A stretch of 63,981 nt of DNA, filler included, from Stramenopiles sp. TOSAG23-2 (Eukaryota): NCBI GenBank assembly GCA_900128395.1. It is 3 parts of 3 records of this genome, joined end to end, with 100 filler letters (N's around TTAATTAATTAA, not from the genome) between each part and the next. Parts side by side here need not be neighbours in the genome. Positions count along the whole stretch, not along the records: positions 46,650 to 63,981 come from LT649648.1; 2 more parts are not named here. One strand, given 5' to 3'. Shown piece by piece: positions 46,650-56,683 of the stretch. Below the pieces are notes generated by a model. The model worked only from the letters and a program-made list of their open reading frames with translations, was not told the origin of the DNA and made no database searches. A program made the position numbers and the translations under genes. How positions within the stretch are numbered: position 1 is the stretch's first letter; each line of letters starts with the position of its first letter.

Positions 46650-47179
46650 ATCCACTTGCCATCTTGTGACTTTTTTATATGTGTTTAAATGTATATATAT
46701 ATATATATGTCTTGTATATCTCTCTCTATTCGAATATATATATAGCTTTATTATTCATTCAATTTCCTATTCCGAAACCGAAGGTTCGACGATAAACCGT
46801 AGACTATCTATTTAGATGTGTTTGGTGAACAGAGAGATCTGAGGAAGAATATTTTACGAAATGAAATAGTAAATCAGCGTAAAGATTATATGTACGAAGA
46901 ATTTCTACGTATAAAAGTATTAAAAAATATTATCTTTTTTTCACACTTTCCGCGCTCCTCTTGTTGCAGCGCAGGCTGGCAGGTACGAACACACAGCTTG
47001 AGAGGCATCCTTCTCCCTTTTTTTAGTTGAGAAGATAAATTTTATTTTTACTCATCATTTTCAACACATGATACTTTAACTTGTTTTCTTCCAGGTAAAA
47101 GATGACGAATAGTAAGACTTACACGACGATAATTATGATCACGCTGTATCAATTTTAGTTGAGAAGATAAATTTTATTT

Positions 47180-48295
47180 TTACTCATCATTTTCAACACA
47201 TGATACTTTAACTTGTTTTCTTCCAGGTAAAAGATGACGAATAGTAAGACTTACACGACGATAATTATGATCACGCTGTATCAATTTAAATTTTGTTTTA
47301 TCATTTGGATTATCAATGTTATTATTATTATTATCACTTCCTTCTTCTGAGATTACCGTAGGTACTTTGTGATGCCTTGTAATTGCATGGCGCCAATGAT
47401 ATCTACAATCATCACTCATAATAAATAATGAATTTTTTTCCAATAAAACTTTAGTTTGACCTAAATATTTATCACATGAATTATTATGTACAATTGGCTT
47501 TTCAAGTGTCATATAAATTGGATTCAATAAACTAATAGTAGCAATTACTGGACCAAATGCTTCTTCATCTTCAAAATGAGAAGATATACCAACATTATCT
47601 ACATATTCATTTACAAGTATTTGTGTTGGAAATGTAGATTTATCATTTCCAAATATTTCATTATTAGTATTATTAGTTAAAAAAAAATCTGTATAAAATT
47701 TGTCAATTAAAAATTGAAATGGTGACATATCTAAATCGACATTGGATGGTTTAATAGGTTGTTTCACATTGTTGTTGTTATTGGCATTGGCATTATCGTT
47801 ACTATTATCAAATGTAGGCTGTATTTCAGCAACATCATGTATTGTATGGTAATATATTTCACCATAAAATTGTTGCCGCCGTCTAACTGCATTTCTCCAA
47901 GGATTTGAATCTAATATATTCATAATTTTAGTCACATCATCATCTGTTAAAAAATTCTGATAATAACGAAAACCTGAAATTGGTAAAACTGATGGATTTG
48001 AGACATAAACACGATTACTTTTCATTGTATTTATTACATTATTATCATTTGTTATCTTATCGTCGCTATTTTCATTACCATCTGGCATTGTACCAGTGAT
48101 ATGATCTAACATGATTTTTACTGGTAATTTATTATTATCTTGTTTTTCTTTCATCGAACATTCATAACATACCACTGGCCTTCCATTTTTAAAATTTTTA
48201 ATTTGTCGTACTGAAAAATTATCCACACAACATTCTTTACTAATTTGACATACACGGCATTTCACGGATTGAAATTTTTTCACAAATTTACTCAT
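47180..48295 (-). CDS. AlkB-family 2OG-Fe(II) dioxygenase with an N-terminal C4 (Stc1-like) zinc finger
   Basis: QILVNEY..GISSHFED (HxD), GPVIATISL, YHWRHAI and RRVSLTIR (RxxxxxR). N-terminal CRVC...FSVRQ...CYEC. Confidence 0.85.
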   Translation of the reverse strand: MSKFVKKFQSVKCRVCQISKECCVDNFSVRQIKNFKNGRPVVCYECSMKEKQDNNKLPVKIMLDHITGTMPDGNENSDDKITNDNNVINTMKSNRVYVSNPSVLPISGFRYYQNFLTDDDVTKIMNILDSNPWRNAVRRRQQFYGEIYYHTIHDVAEIQPTFDNSNDNANANNNNNVKQPIKPSNVDLDMSPFQFLIDKFYTDFFLTNNTNNEIFGNDKSTFPTQILVNEYVDNVGISSHFEDEEAFGPVIATISLLNPIYMTLEKPIVHNNSCDKYLGQTKVLLEKNSLFIMSDDCRYHWRHAITRHHKVPTVISEEGSDNNNNNIDNPNDKTKFKLIQRDHNYRRVSLTIRHLLPGRKQVKVSCVENDE

Positions 48296-48375
48296 ATTTA
48301 TGTTTATATGAATATAGACAGTCGTTATTGGTCGTTAAACTAATGATTCGATATATATTATGAAATTTTGATATT

Positions 48376-48609
48376 NNNNNNNNNNNNNNNNNNNNNNNNN
48401 NNNNNNNNNNNNNNNNNNNNNNNNNNNNNNNNNNNNNNNNNNNNNNNNNNNNNNNNNNNNNNNNNNNNNNNNNNNNNNNNNNNNNNNNNNNNNNNNNNNN
48501 NNNNNNNNNNNNNNNNNNNNNNNNNNNNNNNNNNNNNNNNNNNNNNNNNNNNNNNNNNNNNNNNNNNNNNNNNNNNNNNNNNNNNNNNNNNNNNNNNNNN
48601 NNNNNNNNN
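48376..48609. other. Scaffold gap (Ns)
   Basis: Run of N with no linker core. Confidence 0.98.
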
Positions 48610-48937
48610 AATGCTATTTATATCCTATTTCTATTAATAGAGATATTACCAATAATTAGTCTATTACAATTAATGTACTAAAAATAAATTTCAAAAAACA
48701 AATGAAAAATAATGAATATCAAAAATTATAAAAAAACGAAAAATAAAACTATTCACTATGGGAAAAATTATAACAAAATAAATATATTGAATTAGATTTG
48801 TTTTAGATGTGTAAGGAAGTGAACATTTGACAAGAGACATATCGATATTACTGTTCAAACTACATATATATATATATATATAGATAAATATATTCATATC
48901 ATATTACAGTAGATATAACATAACAACATATATAGCA

Positions 48938-49680
48938 ATGGATTCAATTTTTGGTTTTGTTTGTAAAGAGTAAGTTATTTTTTATAATATCATTCATATT
49001 CTTACTTTGTTAAATATATATAATAATATCTAACTAACCACCAATTTAAATACACACACACACACACACACACAAATAAAAGCTTTGTATTAACATGTGC
49101 AGATACGTCTCAAATACGATCTGTTATGAATTTGAAACAAGATGAGAACAAACTTTACAAAATTTCAGGTAATAAAATTTTAGGTTTATCAGGACCACAT
49201 GCAGATCGTGCTAGTTTTGCTGAATATGTGGAAAAAAATTTAACTTTGGATAAATTACGACGTGGCACGGTACAATCATCATGGGCAACAGCAAATTGGA
49301 TAGCAGAGCAACTAGCATATGCATTGCGTAAAGGGCCGTACCAGGTACAATGTCTATTCGCTGGATATGACGCCCCATTAGCCGACACCGAGGAAAGTGA
49401 TGGCGCAACTGCTGGACCTCAATTATATTGGATGGATTACATGGGGTCGATGCAAAAATGTAATTTTGGTGCACAAGGATATTGTGGTTTCTTCTTATGG
49501 GCTTTATTTGATGCAAATTGGAAACCAGATATGACGTTGGATGAAGCGTTAGATTTGGTTGAAATTTGTAAAACACAATTAAAGACACGCTTCATGGTCA
49601 ATTCAAATGCATTTATTGTTAAAGTTATTGATAAAGATGGTGTTCGTATTGTTGAACAAAAATCAAATACTACACCGTAA
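48938..49680 (+). CDS. PSMB2: 20S proteasome subunit beta type-2 (beta4), 2 exons (48938-48969, 49083-49680)
   Basis: Splicing intron 48970-49082 gives MDSIFGFVCKDFVLTCAD; also LRKGPYQVQCLFAGYD, PQLYWMDYMG and FIVKVIDKDG. Confidence 0.93.
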
Positions 49681-50088
49681 ACAGAAAAAAAAAATGATGG
49701 GTGTGAATATATATATTTCAGTGTTTAAAAATGAATTGCATTTATCTAATCAGAGAGACGCAAGAAGGGAGGGTGAGAAGACAGATGATGATATATGTGA
49801 TGTAATCCTTGGCTTCTTCCATTTAATTTTTAATATTATATGGTATAATATATATATAAATATATATAATAAAAAATATACTAATAGTTTTTGAAAGAAC
49901 ACACATACGAAATATTTTACACACTCCCCTAAAAGTTTCCTATTAACCCGACGTGTACAACGATTTTAGAAATACAAGACGACGCCATTTGTAGCTTCGT
50001 ACACAAAGAAATACACCGGTTTTAACCATGTCTTGGATTTCATCATCTATCACATACTACACATATATATATATATATAAACAATCTA

Positions 50089-50376
50089 TTAATTCTTCTT
50101 TGGTTTTTCATCCTTCTCAACATCTTCAGAAAATGCTACTACAACATATACACATAAAATGATGTTCACAGCTACCACTGCAACAACTGCACTAAACGTT
50201 AATAAATATGGTGAATCATCACCTAAAGCCATGCCTGCTAATCCACCTTTCCAAAATGTAAAAAATAAAGTTAATGGTATAAATACCATACATAATGTCG
50301 CTATTAATAATTTTCTAATGACTGGTTTATTTTCCGGGACTTGCGATATCCTTTTTAATCCTGATGCTTGCCTCAT
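50089..50376 (-). CDS. VMA21: V-ATPase assembly factor VMA21-like
   Basis: VIRKLL..T..M...P...FF, SAVVAVVAVNIILCVYVVVAFSED, two TM helices, and a Lys-rich ER-retrieval-like tail. Confidence 0.82.
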   Translation of the reverse strand: MRQASGLKRISQVPENKPVIRKLLIATLCMVFIPLTLFFTFWKGGLAGMALGDDSPYLLTFSAVVAVVAVNIILCVYVVVAFSEDVEKDEKPKKN

Positions 50377-50594
50377 GTTTACAAATAACTATATATTTTT
50401 ATATTTTGTTTTCTTTATGTTTATCTTTTATATTTTCAGTATATACATTTCTTTCTATTTATTATATATATTGTTTTCTTCTATGAAGAACATTCGATTT
50501 TATAGCATTATACAGACACTATATATAACAACTATAATAATAATACCGAAAAATATAGGACAAATGGAACAAAATCAATTTATAACATCACAAC

Positions 50595-51911
50595 ATGAAA
50601 TTCTTAACAATACCTAGATCGTCCTTCAAAAAAGTAGATAAAGGGTTATTAAATTATGCAAGTGGATTAATAGAAAAAAATCGAGATACATATCGTGAAC
50701 TACCAGTAAGAAAAGAAAATAATAATGAATTAAAGTCTCCGTTACATGATATTATTCCGAAAAAAATGCCATTAGAAGGAATTGCTGATTCAAAAGATGT
50801 TTTAGATATATTAACACATGATGTTTTAGAAACAAATGCACAGATAAATCATCCCGGTTTTATTGCACATATGGATCCACCAACCCCATCTATTGCAATA
50901 GCTGCCGGTATGATGCAAATTGCTACAAATCAAAATTTATTGCATCCAGACGTTGCTCCGAAAGCTCGACAAATTGAACAAAGAGTTATAGATTGGTTAG
51001 CATCATATTTTCATATGAACGGTGGGCATTTTGTTCCTGGTAGTACAATAGCAAATTTGACTGCATTATGGGCAGCTCGTGAAACGCGTGATATCACCAC
51101 TATTATAGCATCGAATAAATCTCATTTATCTGTTAAAAAAGCTGCAAATTTATTGAATTTAAATTATATTGAATGTAAAACAAATGAAAAAGATGAAATG
51201 ATAATCAATGAATTATTAAATGTGAAAGATTTAAATCAATCCGCCGTTGTTTTAACAGCAGGCACTGTTGCCTGTGGTGCATTTGATCCAATTGATGAAT
51301 ATTTTGACAAGGTAGGAAAAATGAATGGCAGTGGTACAGCTGCTAAATGGGTCCATATTGATTCAGCATGGGCTGGACCTTTGCAATTATCATCTAAATA
51401 TAATCATATTTTTAATGGTATTGAATATGCCGATTCATTTGGATTTTCTGCGCATAAATGGATGTATCAACCAAAAGGAACTGCTTTATGTTTATTTAAA
51501 AATGTAGATGAAGCACATGAAGCTTTAAGTTATGGAGGTGGTTATTTAAGTGCACCAAATATTGGATTACTTGGAACGGCACCTGCATCTGCTATCCCAT
51601 TATGCGCAACATTATTAAAATATGGATTAAATGGAATGGTTGATTTAATTGAAAATGATATGAACAAAGCTAATGAATTGATTGAATTGATTCAAGCAAA
51701 TGATAATAAATTTGAGTTATTTAATTCAAATGTATGTGGTGTAGTGGTATGGAGAGCAAAAAATAAATGTGCAGGAACTATTCGTGGTTCATTAAAAAAT
51801 GGTTGGGTATCACTATGTGAAATAAATGGTGAATTTTGGTTTCGTAGTGTCTTTTCGAACCCAAATGCAGATCCAAAATTGTTATTTGATGAAGTTTCAA
51901 AGGTGTGTTGA
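50595..51911 (+). CDS. Group II PLP-dependent amino-acid decarboxylase, bacterial-like
   Basis: HPGFIAHMDPP, PGSTIANLTALWAAR, SHLSVKKAA, TAGTVACGAFDP, WVHIDSAWAG and SAHKW (PLP Lys). Confidence 0.9.
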   Translation: MKFLTIPRSSFKKVDKGLLNYASGLIEKNRDTYRELPVRKENNNELKSPLHDIIPKKMPLEGIADSKDVLDILTHDVLETNAQINHPGFIAHMDPPTPSIAIAAGMMQIATNQNLLHPDVAPKARQIEQRVIDWLASYFHMNGGHFVPGSTIANLTALWAARETRDITTIIASNKSHLSVKKAANLLNLNYIECKTNEKDEMIINELLNVKDLNQSAVVLTAGTVACGAFDPIDEYFDKVGKMNGSGTAAKWVHIDSAWAGPLQLSSKYNHIFNGIEYADSFGFSAHKWMYQPKGTALCLFKNVDEAHEALSYGGGYLSAPNIGLLGTAPASAIPLCATLLKYGLNGMVDLIENDMNKANELIELIQANDNKFELFNSNVCGVVVWRAKNKCAGTIRGSLKNGWVSLCEINGEFWFRSVFSNPNADPKLLFDEVSKVC

Positions 51912-52170
51912 GAAGTGGTGTGTTGAGGACGAATTACAGACGGACCGCGCCGGACCAAGAGAGTGTGTGATGAGATGTGTTTAATACGACGAGATGTGTT
52001 TAAAATTTCGTACAAAAGATGAAAAATGTACCAATTTACATTAATGTAGTAATAATATTTTTATGTCCCTGACATTTTTTTTTAATTAATGATTAACTCT
52101 CTCTCAAGATATTATATCTCGCTCTCACGGGCGCTTCATAATTTTATACGAAGTATACATTATTTTCTCT

Positions 52171-53163
52171 CTACATTGTTGTGGTTAAAAAGATATGTTT
52201 TAATTGTAAAAATATTTTTCGCATTGCTTCCATTTTCGTAGTATCAATTTGCAATGGCTCCTCTTGTTGATGTCCACCACGTTTACGCATCATTTCTTGC
52301 ATTTCCTCAATTGCATCTGCACTTGGTTGAGCTAAACGTGTACTATCACTGATTGCTTTATTTTGTTGAATTTCTTTTATTTTCGATGCAATTAAATTTT
52401 CATCTGTAACTAATGTACATGACTTTGCTACAAATTTTTCTAACATACGTAATTCTTGATTTGTTAATCCATATTCTTTCTGTATTATACCAGCATCTAC
52501 AGCACCATGATCGACTAATTGTTCAAATAAAGCTTCAAATGCAAAACCAAATTCAGCTAGAAATAATAAATTATATGTATCTTTTTGTTTTCCTAATAAT
52601 GCCCATGCAGCTGCATTTTTACCAAATCGATCGCATACTTTAACATATGGTGCACTGAAAAGTTCTTGTTTACCATTTCTAGCTGGTATACGAGTTGTCG
52701 TTGCACGCAATAATGCTTGTACGGATTCTTGAACACCAGCATGTGCCGCTAAATGCAATGGACATATTCCGGAATTATCGCGTACCATAGGATTCGCACC
52801 ATGTGATAATAAATCTTCTAAAATTCTAATTTTTGACTGCAATATTTCTGCAGCAAGTCTAGTCGCTTTTGTATCTATTTCATTCCCTTCATCATCCATT
52901 TGCCGTGGTTTTCTCATTAAGCAACATATATGCAATGCTGTTACGCCATTGTTCGTTTTTGCATTTACATCTGCACCATGATCCACTAATACTGTTACAA
53001 TATTTTCCATTTTTATTTTATCTGAACGACATGCATAATGCAGTGCTGTATATCCTAACTCATCTTTATCATCTACTTTTATACCAGCATTTAAATTTGC
53101 CAATACAACTTCCGCATCACCTGCTGCCGATGCACGTCGCAATGTTGTACCACTGTATGACAT
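52171..53163 (-). CDS. Ankyrin-repeat protein
   Basis: GYTALHYAC, GVTALHICC, GICPLHLAA and GADVNAK repeats. Confidence 0.88.
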   Translation of the reverse strand: MSYSGTTLRRASAAGDAEVVLANLNAGIKVDDKDELGYTALHYACRSDKIKMENIVTVLVDHGADVNAKTNNGVTALHICCLMRKPRQMDDEGNEIDTKATRLAAEILQSKIRILEDLLSHGANPMVRDNSGICPLHLAAHAGVQESVQALLRATTTRIPARNGKQELFSAPYVKVCDRFGKNAAAWALLGKQKDTYNLLFLAEFGFAFEALFEQLVDHGAVDAGIIQKEYGLTNQELRMLEKFVAKSCTLVTDENLIASKIKEIQQNKAISDSTRLAQPSADAIEEMQEMMRKRGGHQQEEPLQIDTTKMEAMRKIFLQLKHIFLTTTM

Positions 53164-53985
53164 GACTCTTTTTTTGTTTGATACAAAATCTATATATATA
53201 TATATACAAAAATTAATTGTTAAAAATAGATGGAAACATATGTATAACTGCTACATATATTATCCTTCTCATTGTTGTATTTCTCTTTATTACTTTTTAT
53301 ACATGTTGTTTTTTTTAGAGATTTTTTAGTAGTTTTTTGTTGTTGTTTTTTTGTTTTTATTTTTTGGTTGTTCCTCCATTTGCAACATTTGATACAGTAG
53401 GGGAAAATCGTGACGATGAGTATCATTTTTGATATTCTACTCTAGATCTATTCCTTTTCATCATCAAGGAAAGTTTAAGTTTTGGCCATATGTTAGTCAT
53501 TTTAAGGTACATATTTATTATGATGATAATGAGTATTAATTAGAAATATATTTTGATATTCAACTGTAATTTATACCTTTCAATCCATTCAAGTATAAAA
53601 TTCTTGGTCATTTGTTAGGTGAAATCTGAACTGAGACGAGATATTCTAATTTAGTTTAAGGTATATATTATGATGATGTTATTTTTTTCTGATATATATT
53701 TATATTCTAATTTCACTTTCAAGTATAACTTATGAGTCATTTGATAGACGACTCAAACCCAATCTCCCAAAATTCTCTCGATCGACGAGGTTTGAATTTG
53801 TCATTTATTAATATATATATAGAATTATAATTTGTTGAACGATGGGAAGGATGATCAAAAGTAAACAAAAAATAAATATCCAAACAATTTTTTGTACAGC
53901 ATATATCTTATATCTAAAAGAAGATAAGATATAACCCAATATACATAATATATATATATATATATAATAAATATATATAATAAAT

Positions 53986-54648
53986 ATGGCATCTTCATGG
54001 GAGGAAGCACGTCGTCGTTCAAGAAAATTGGAAAAGCATTTAGAGAAAAAAATTGAAGAATTAAGAAGTTTGAATGCAAATTTATCACACGATAGTGGTG
54101 GTTATGATCAAGAAAGTGCATCGTTTCCAAATGAAATGAAGCTTGTAAATGCGATAGATGATGCCTTTAAGGATTTAAATCAATCCATCGTTGCGATGGA
54201 ACAATTTGCACATGAACGTAGTAAATCACAACAAGTTAATAGATATCGTCAAATTATCCAGGAAAATAATGTGGAATATAAACGTATAGCACGTAGTTTA
54301 CGTGAAAAACGAGCTAGTGCTGAATTATTTAGTGATATGGTAAATACATCTAGGGATAATAGCGATACTGCACATTTATTACGTGAACGAAAAGGTTTGG
54401 AATCTGGTTTACGAACTGCTGATATGTTATTAGATCAAGCAGATAGTACAAAAAAAGAATTAGAAAACCAACGAAATACATTTCAAGGTACTGGACAACG
54501 ATTGTTAAGTGGTGTTTTAAGTACATTTCCTGTTTTAGGAACATGGATTGAAAAAGTTAAACGGAGAAAACAACGTGATCAATTAGTATTAGCAGCTGTC
54601 ATTGCAGTATTACTTTTGTTTTTATGTTGGTATTTATTTAAACGATGA
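53986..54648 (+). CDS. GOSR1: Golgi Qb-SNARE Gos1/GS28
   Basis: SWEEARRRSRKLE N-terminus, LLRERKGL SNARE motif, FP..., RRKQRDQLVLAAVIA and a C-terminal TM. Confidence 0.9.
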   Translation: MASSWEEARRRSRKLEKHLEKKIEELRSLNANLSHDSGGYDQESASFPNEMKLVNAIDDAFKDLNQSIVAMEQFAHERSKSQQVNRYRQIIQENNVEYKRIARSLREKRASAELFSDMVNTSRDNSDTAHLLRERKGLESGLRTADMLLDQADSTKKELENQRNTFQGTGQRLLSGVLSTFPVLGTWIEKVKRRKQRDQLVLAAVIAVLLLFLCWYLFKR

Positions 54649-54920
54649 TGCTTTTTGTGTAAAAATAAAACAGATATATAATATACTTTTTAATTTTGTA
54701 AAAAAAATAAATTTTTATATATACTATAGTTATATTACTTAACCAGTTAACACGAGAAGTGTAAAATTGTTATAACTTAAATATTTTAAACACATTTTAT
54801 ATACTCGTTTTATATTTTACTAATACGAAGTATTATCATACATACACACACAACACTTTCACTGAAAAAAAAATATTTTTATTTTAAAATACAAGGAAGA
54901 TAGGTGGGGTGTGTGAAAAT

Positions 54921-56315
54921 TTAAAAGTAATATGGATCTCTACCACGACCATTATTACTATTGTTATTATAACGATCATCAACACGATAATTTCGTTCAC
55001 GACGACCATTTCCATTATTATTATTTTGATTATTATTATTGTAATAATCAAATTTACTATTACCATTATTATACATGTAACTATTACTATTACTTCTTCT
55101 ATTTCCTCTTGCTGATGTTGTAGCACTATATTTATTAATATTATCATTACTTCCACTACTACTATCGCTTAATTTACTAACAATATTACCAGTAATAGTA
55201 TTACTACCATCCGCTTTATCATACATAGCGTTGTAATATGCTAATATCATTCCAACAAATTCCAATCCTAATGAAACAAACCATTCAATTACACCAAATG
55301 CATTTCCTTTTTCTGGTTGAAATAATGTTTTTTGCAAGGAAATACCTAGAATTAATGTTACTAAAAATACTATAAGTAACGATATTGCATAACCATACAA
55401 CATATCACGACGACGTTTCGATGCAGCGATCCATCCACCGATCGATACAATGATAACATACAAACCAACACCGACACGTAAATAGGAAACCCAATTATTT
55501 TTTATATGTTCATCACTTGGATATTCTTTCGAAGGATGCGATAAACCATTTACAATTTGCAATGCACCAAATATTAAATTACAAAATGCTATTAATTGTA
55601 AAATAATAGAACATGCACCAGCAGGACTTAAATTGTCGGTATCAGCATTGTTCCAACCTTCTTTTTCATATATGGAGGACAACAAAGTATGAAAGCTTTC
55701 TTCAACATTTTTATTCGTCTTTGCAGATACTTCCAGGAAATCGCATCCCATCTCTTGTGCAACTTGTTCACCTTCTTCATAAGATACTTGACGGCGACTA
55801 TTGACATCACATTTATTTCCAACTAATAAACGAGGTATAAATTCTGCGGAACCCATCATCGTTGTTAAAATTTTATCGTTGATATAACGCGCCATTTCAA
55901 ACGAATGCCTCGATGTTACATCATATACTACAATGTAACCATGTACACCAATATAATATCTTGCGGAGAATACTGTTAACTCATCTTGCCCAGTAGTGTC
56001 ATGAATAGTCAAAGTTAAACTTTCATGTCCATATTGTATACGTTTTCTATATGTACTTTCAATAGTTGGATTGTATTCTTTATCAAAGACATGGTTTACA
56101 AAACGCCCAACAATCGATGATTTACCAACACCACGGAAACCTAATACCACGATTTCACGTTGTTTTTTAGATCTAGTAGCAGTTTGTCGTAATATATCTG
56201 GTGAGTTTGGATTCGAAAATTCACTATATGGTAACATATTTTCATAGTCATTATTGGTGTACATGGAAGTTTTATTAGAAATATTTGTAGCAGTAGCAGT
56301 AGTAGTATTATACAT
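54921..56315 (-). CDS. RHEB: Rheb-family GTPase with four C-terminal TM helices (Rheb-TM)
   Basis: G1 LGFRGVGKSS with the Rheb-specific Arg, effector YNPTIEST, DTTGQDE, IGVHGYIVVY, NKCD, SAK; then 4 hydrophobic helices and an Asn-rich tail. Confidence 0.88.
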   Translation of the reverse strand: MYNTTTATATNISNKTSMYTNNDYENMLPYSEFSNPNSPDILRQTATRSKKQREIVVLGFRGVGKSSIVGRFVNHVFDKEYNPTIESTYRKRIQYGHESLTLTIHDTTGQDELTVFSARYYIGVHGYIVVYDVTSRHSFEMARYINDKILTTMMGSAEFIPRLLVGNKCDVNSRRQVSYEEGEQVAQEMGCDFLEVSAKTNKNVEESFHTLLSSIYEKEGWNNADTDNLSPAGACSIILQLIAFCNLIFGALQIVNGLSHPSKEYPSDEHIKNNWVSYLRVGVGLYVIIVSIGGWIAASKRRRDMLYGYAISLLIVFLVTLILGISLQKTLFQPEKGNAFGVIEWFVSLGLEFVGMILAYYNAMYDKADGSNTITGNIVSKLSDSSSGSNDNINKYSATTSARGNRRSNSNSYMYNNGNSKFDYYNNNNQNNNNGNGRRERNYRVDDRYNNNSNNGRGRDPYYF

Positions 56316-56683
56316 CTTGTTTCACACCGTCGACACACTTGTATACACAAACGCACACAGCGTAAAGTATTCTATATGTATATATATATGTAGAGAGAGA
56401 GAGAGAGACAGAATGTGAGTGGTATAATATATTTCTATTTGTACAAATAGATAGACAGACGTTCTTTGTCTTCTTCATATCGATAGTTGTTTTAGTTCAT
56501 TTTATGGGTAATTTTTTAAATTATAAATAATTGTGGAGAGGCTTGTTCGATTTGAAATCTTCCTATCAAAAATGACTATTAGAATATTAGAGATAATAAT
56601 TCATCAATTCATCCATCCGAATTTAGAATAATTGTGCAATTATTTTTTTATAGTCGATAGGCACCATAGCACGACGAAGAAGA

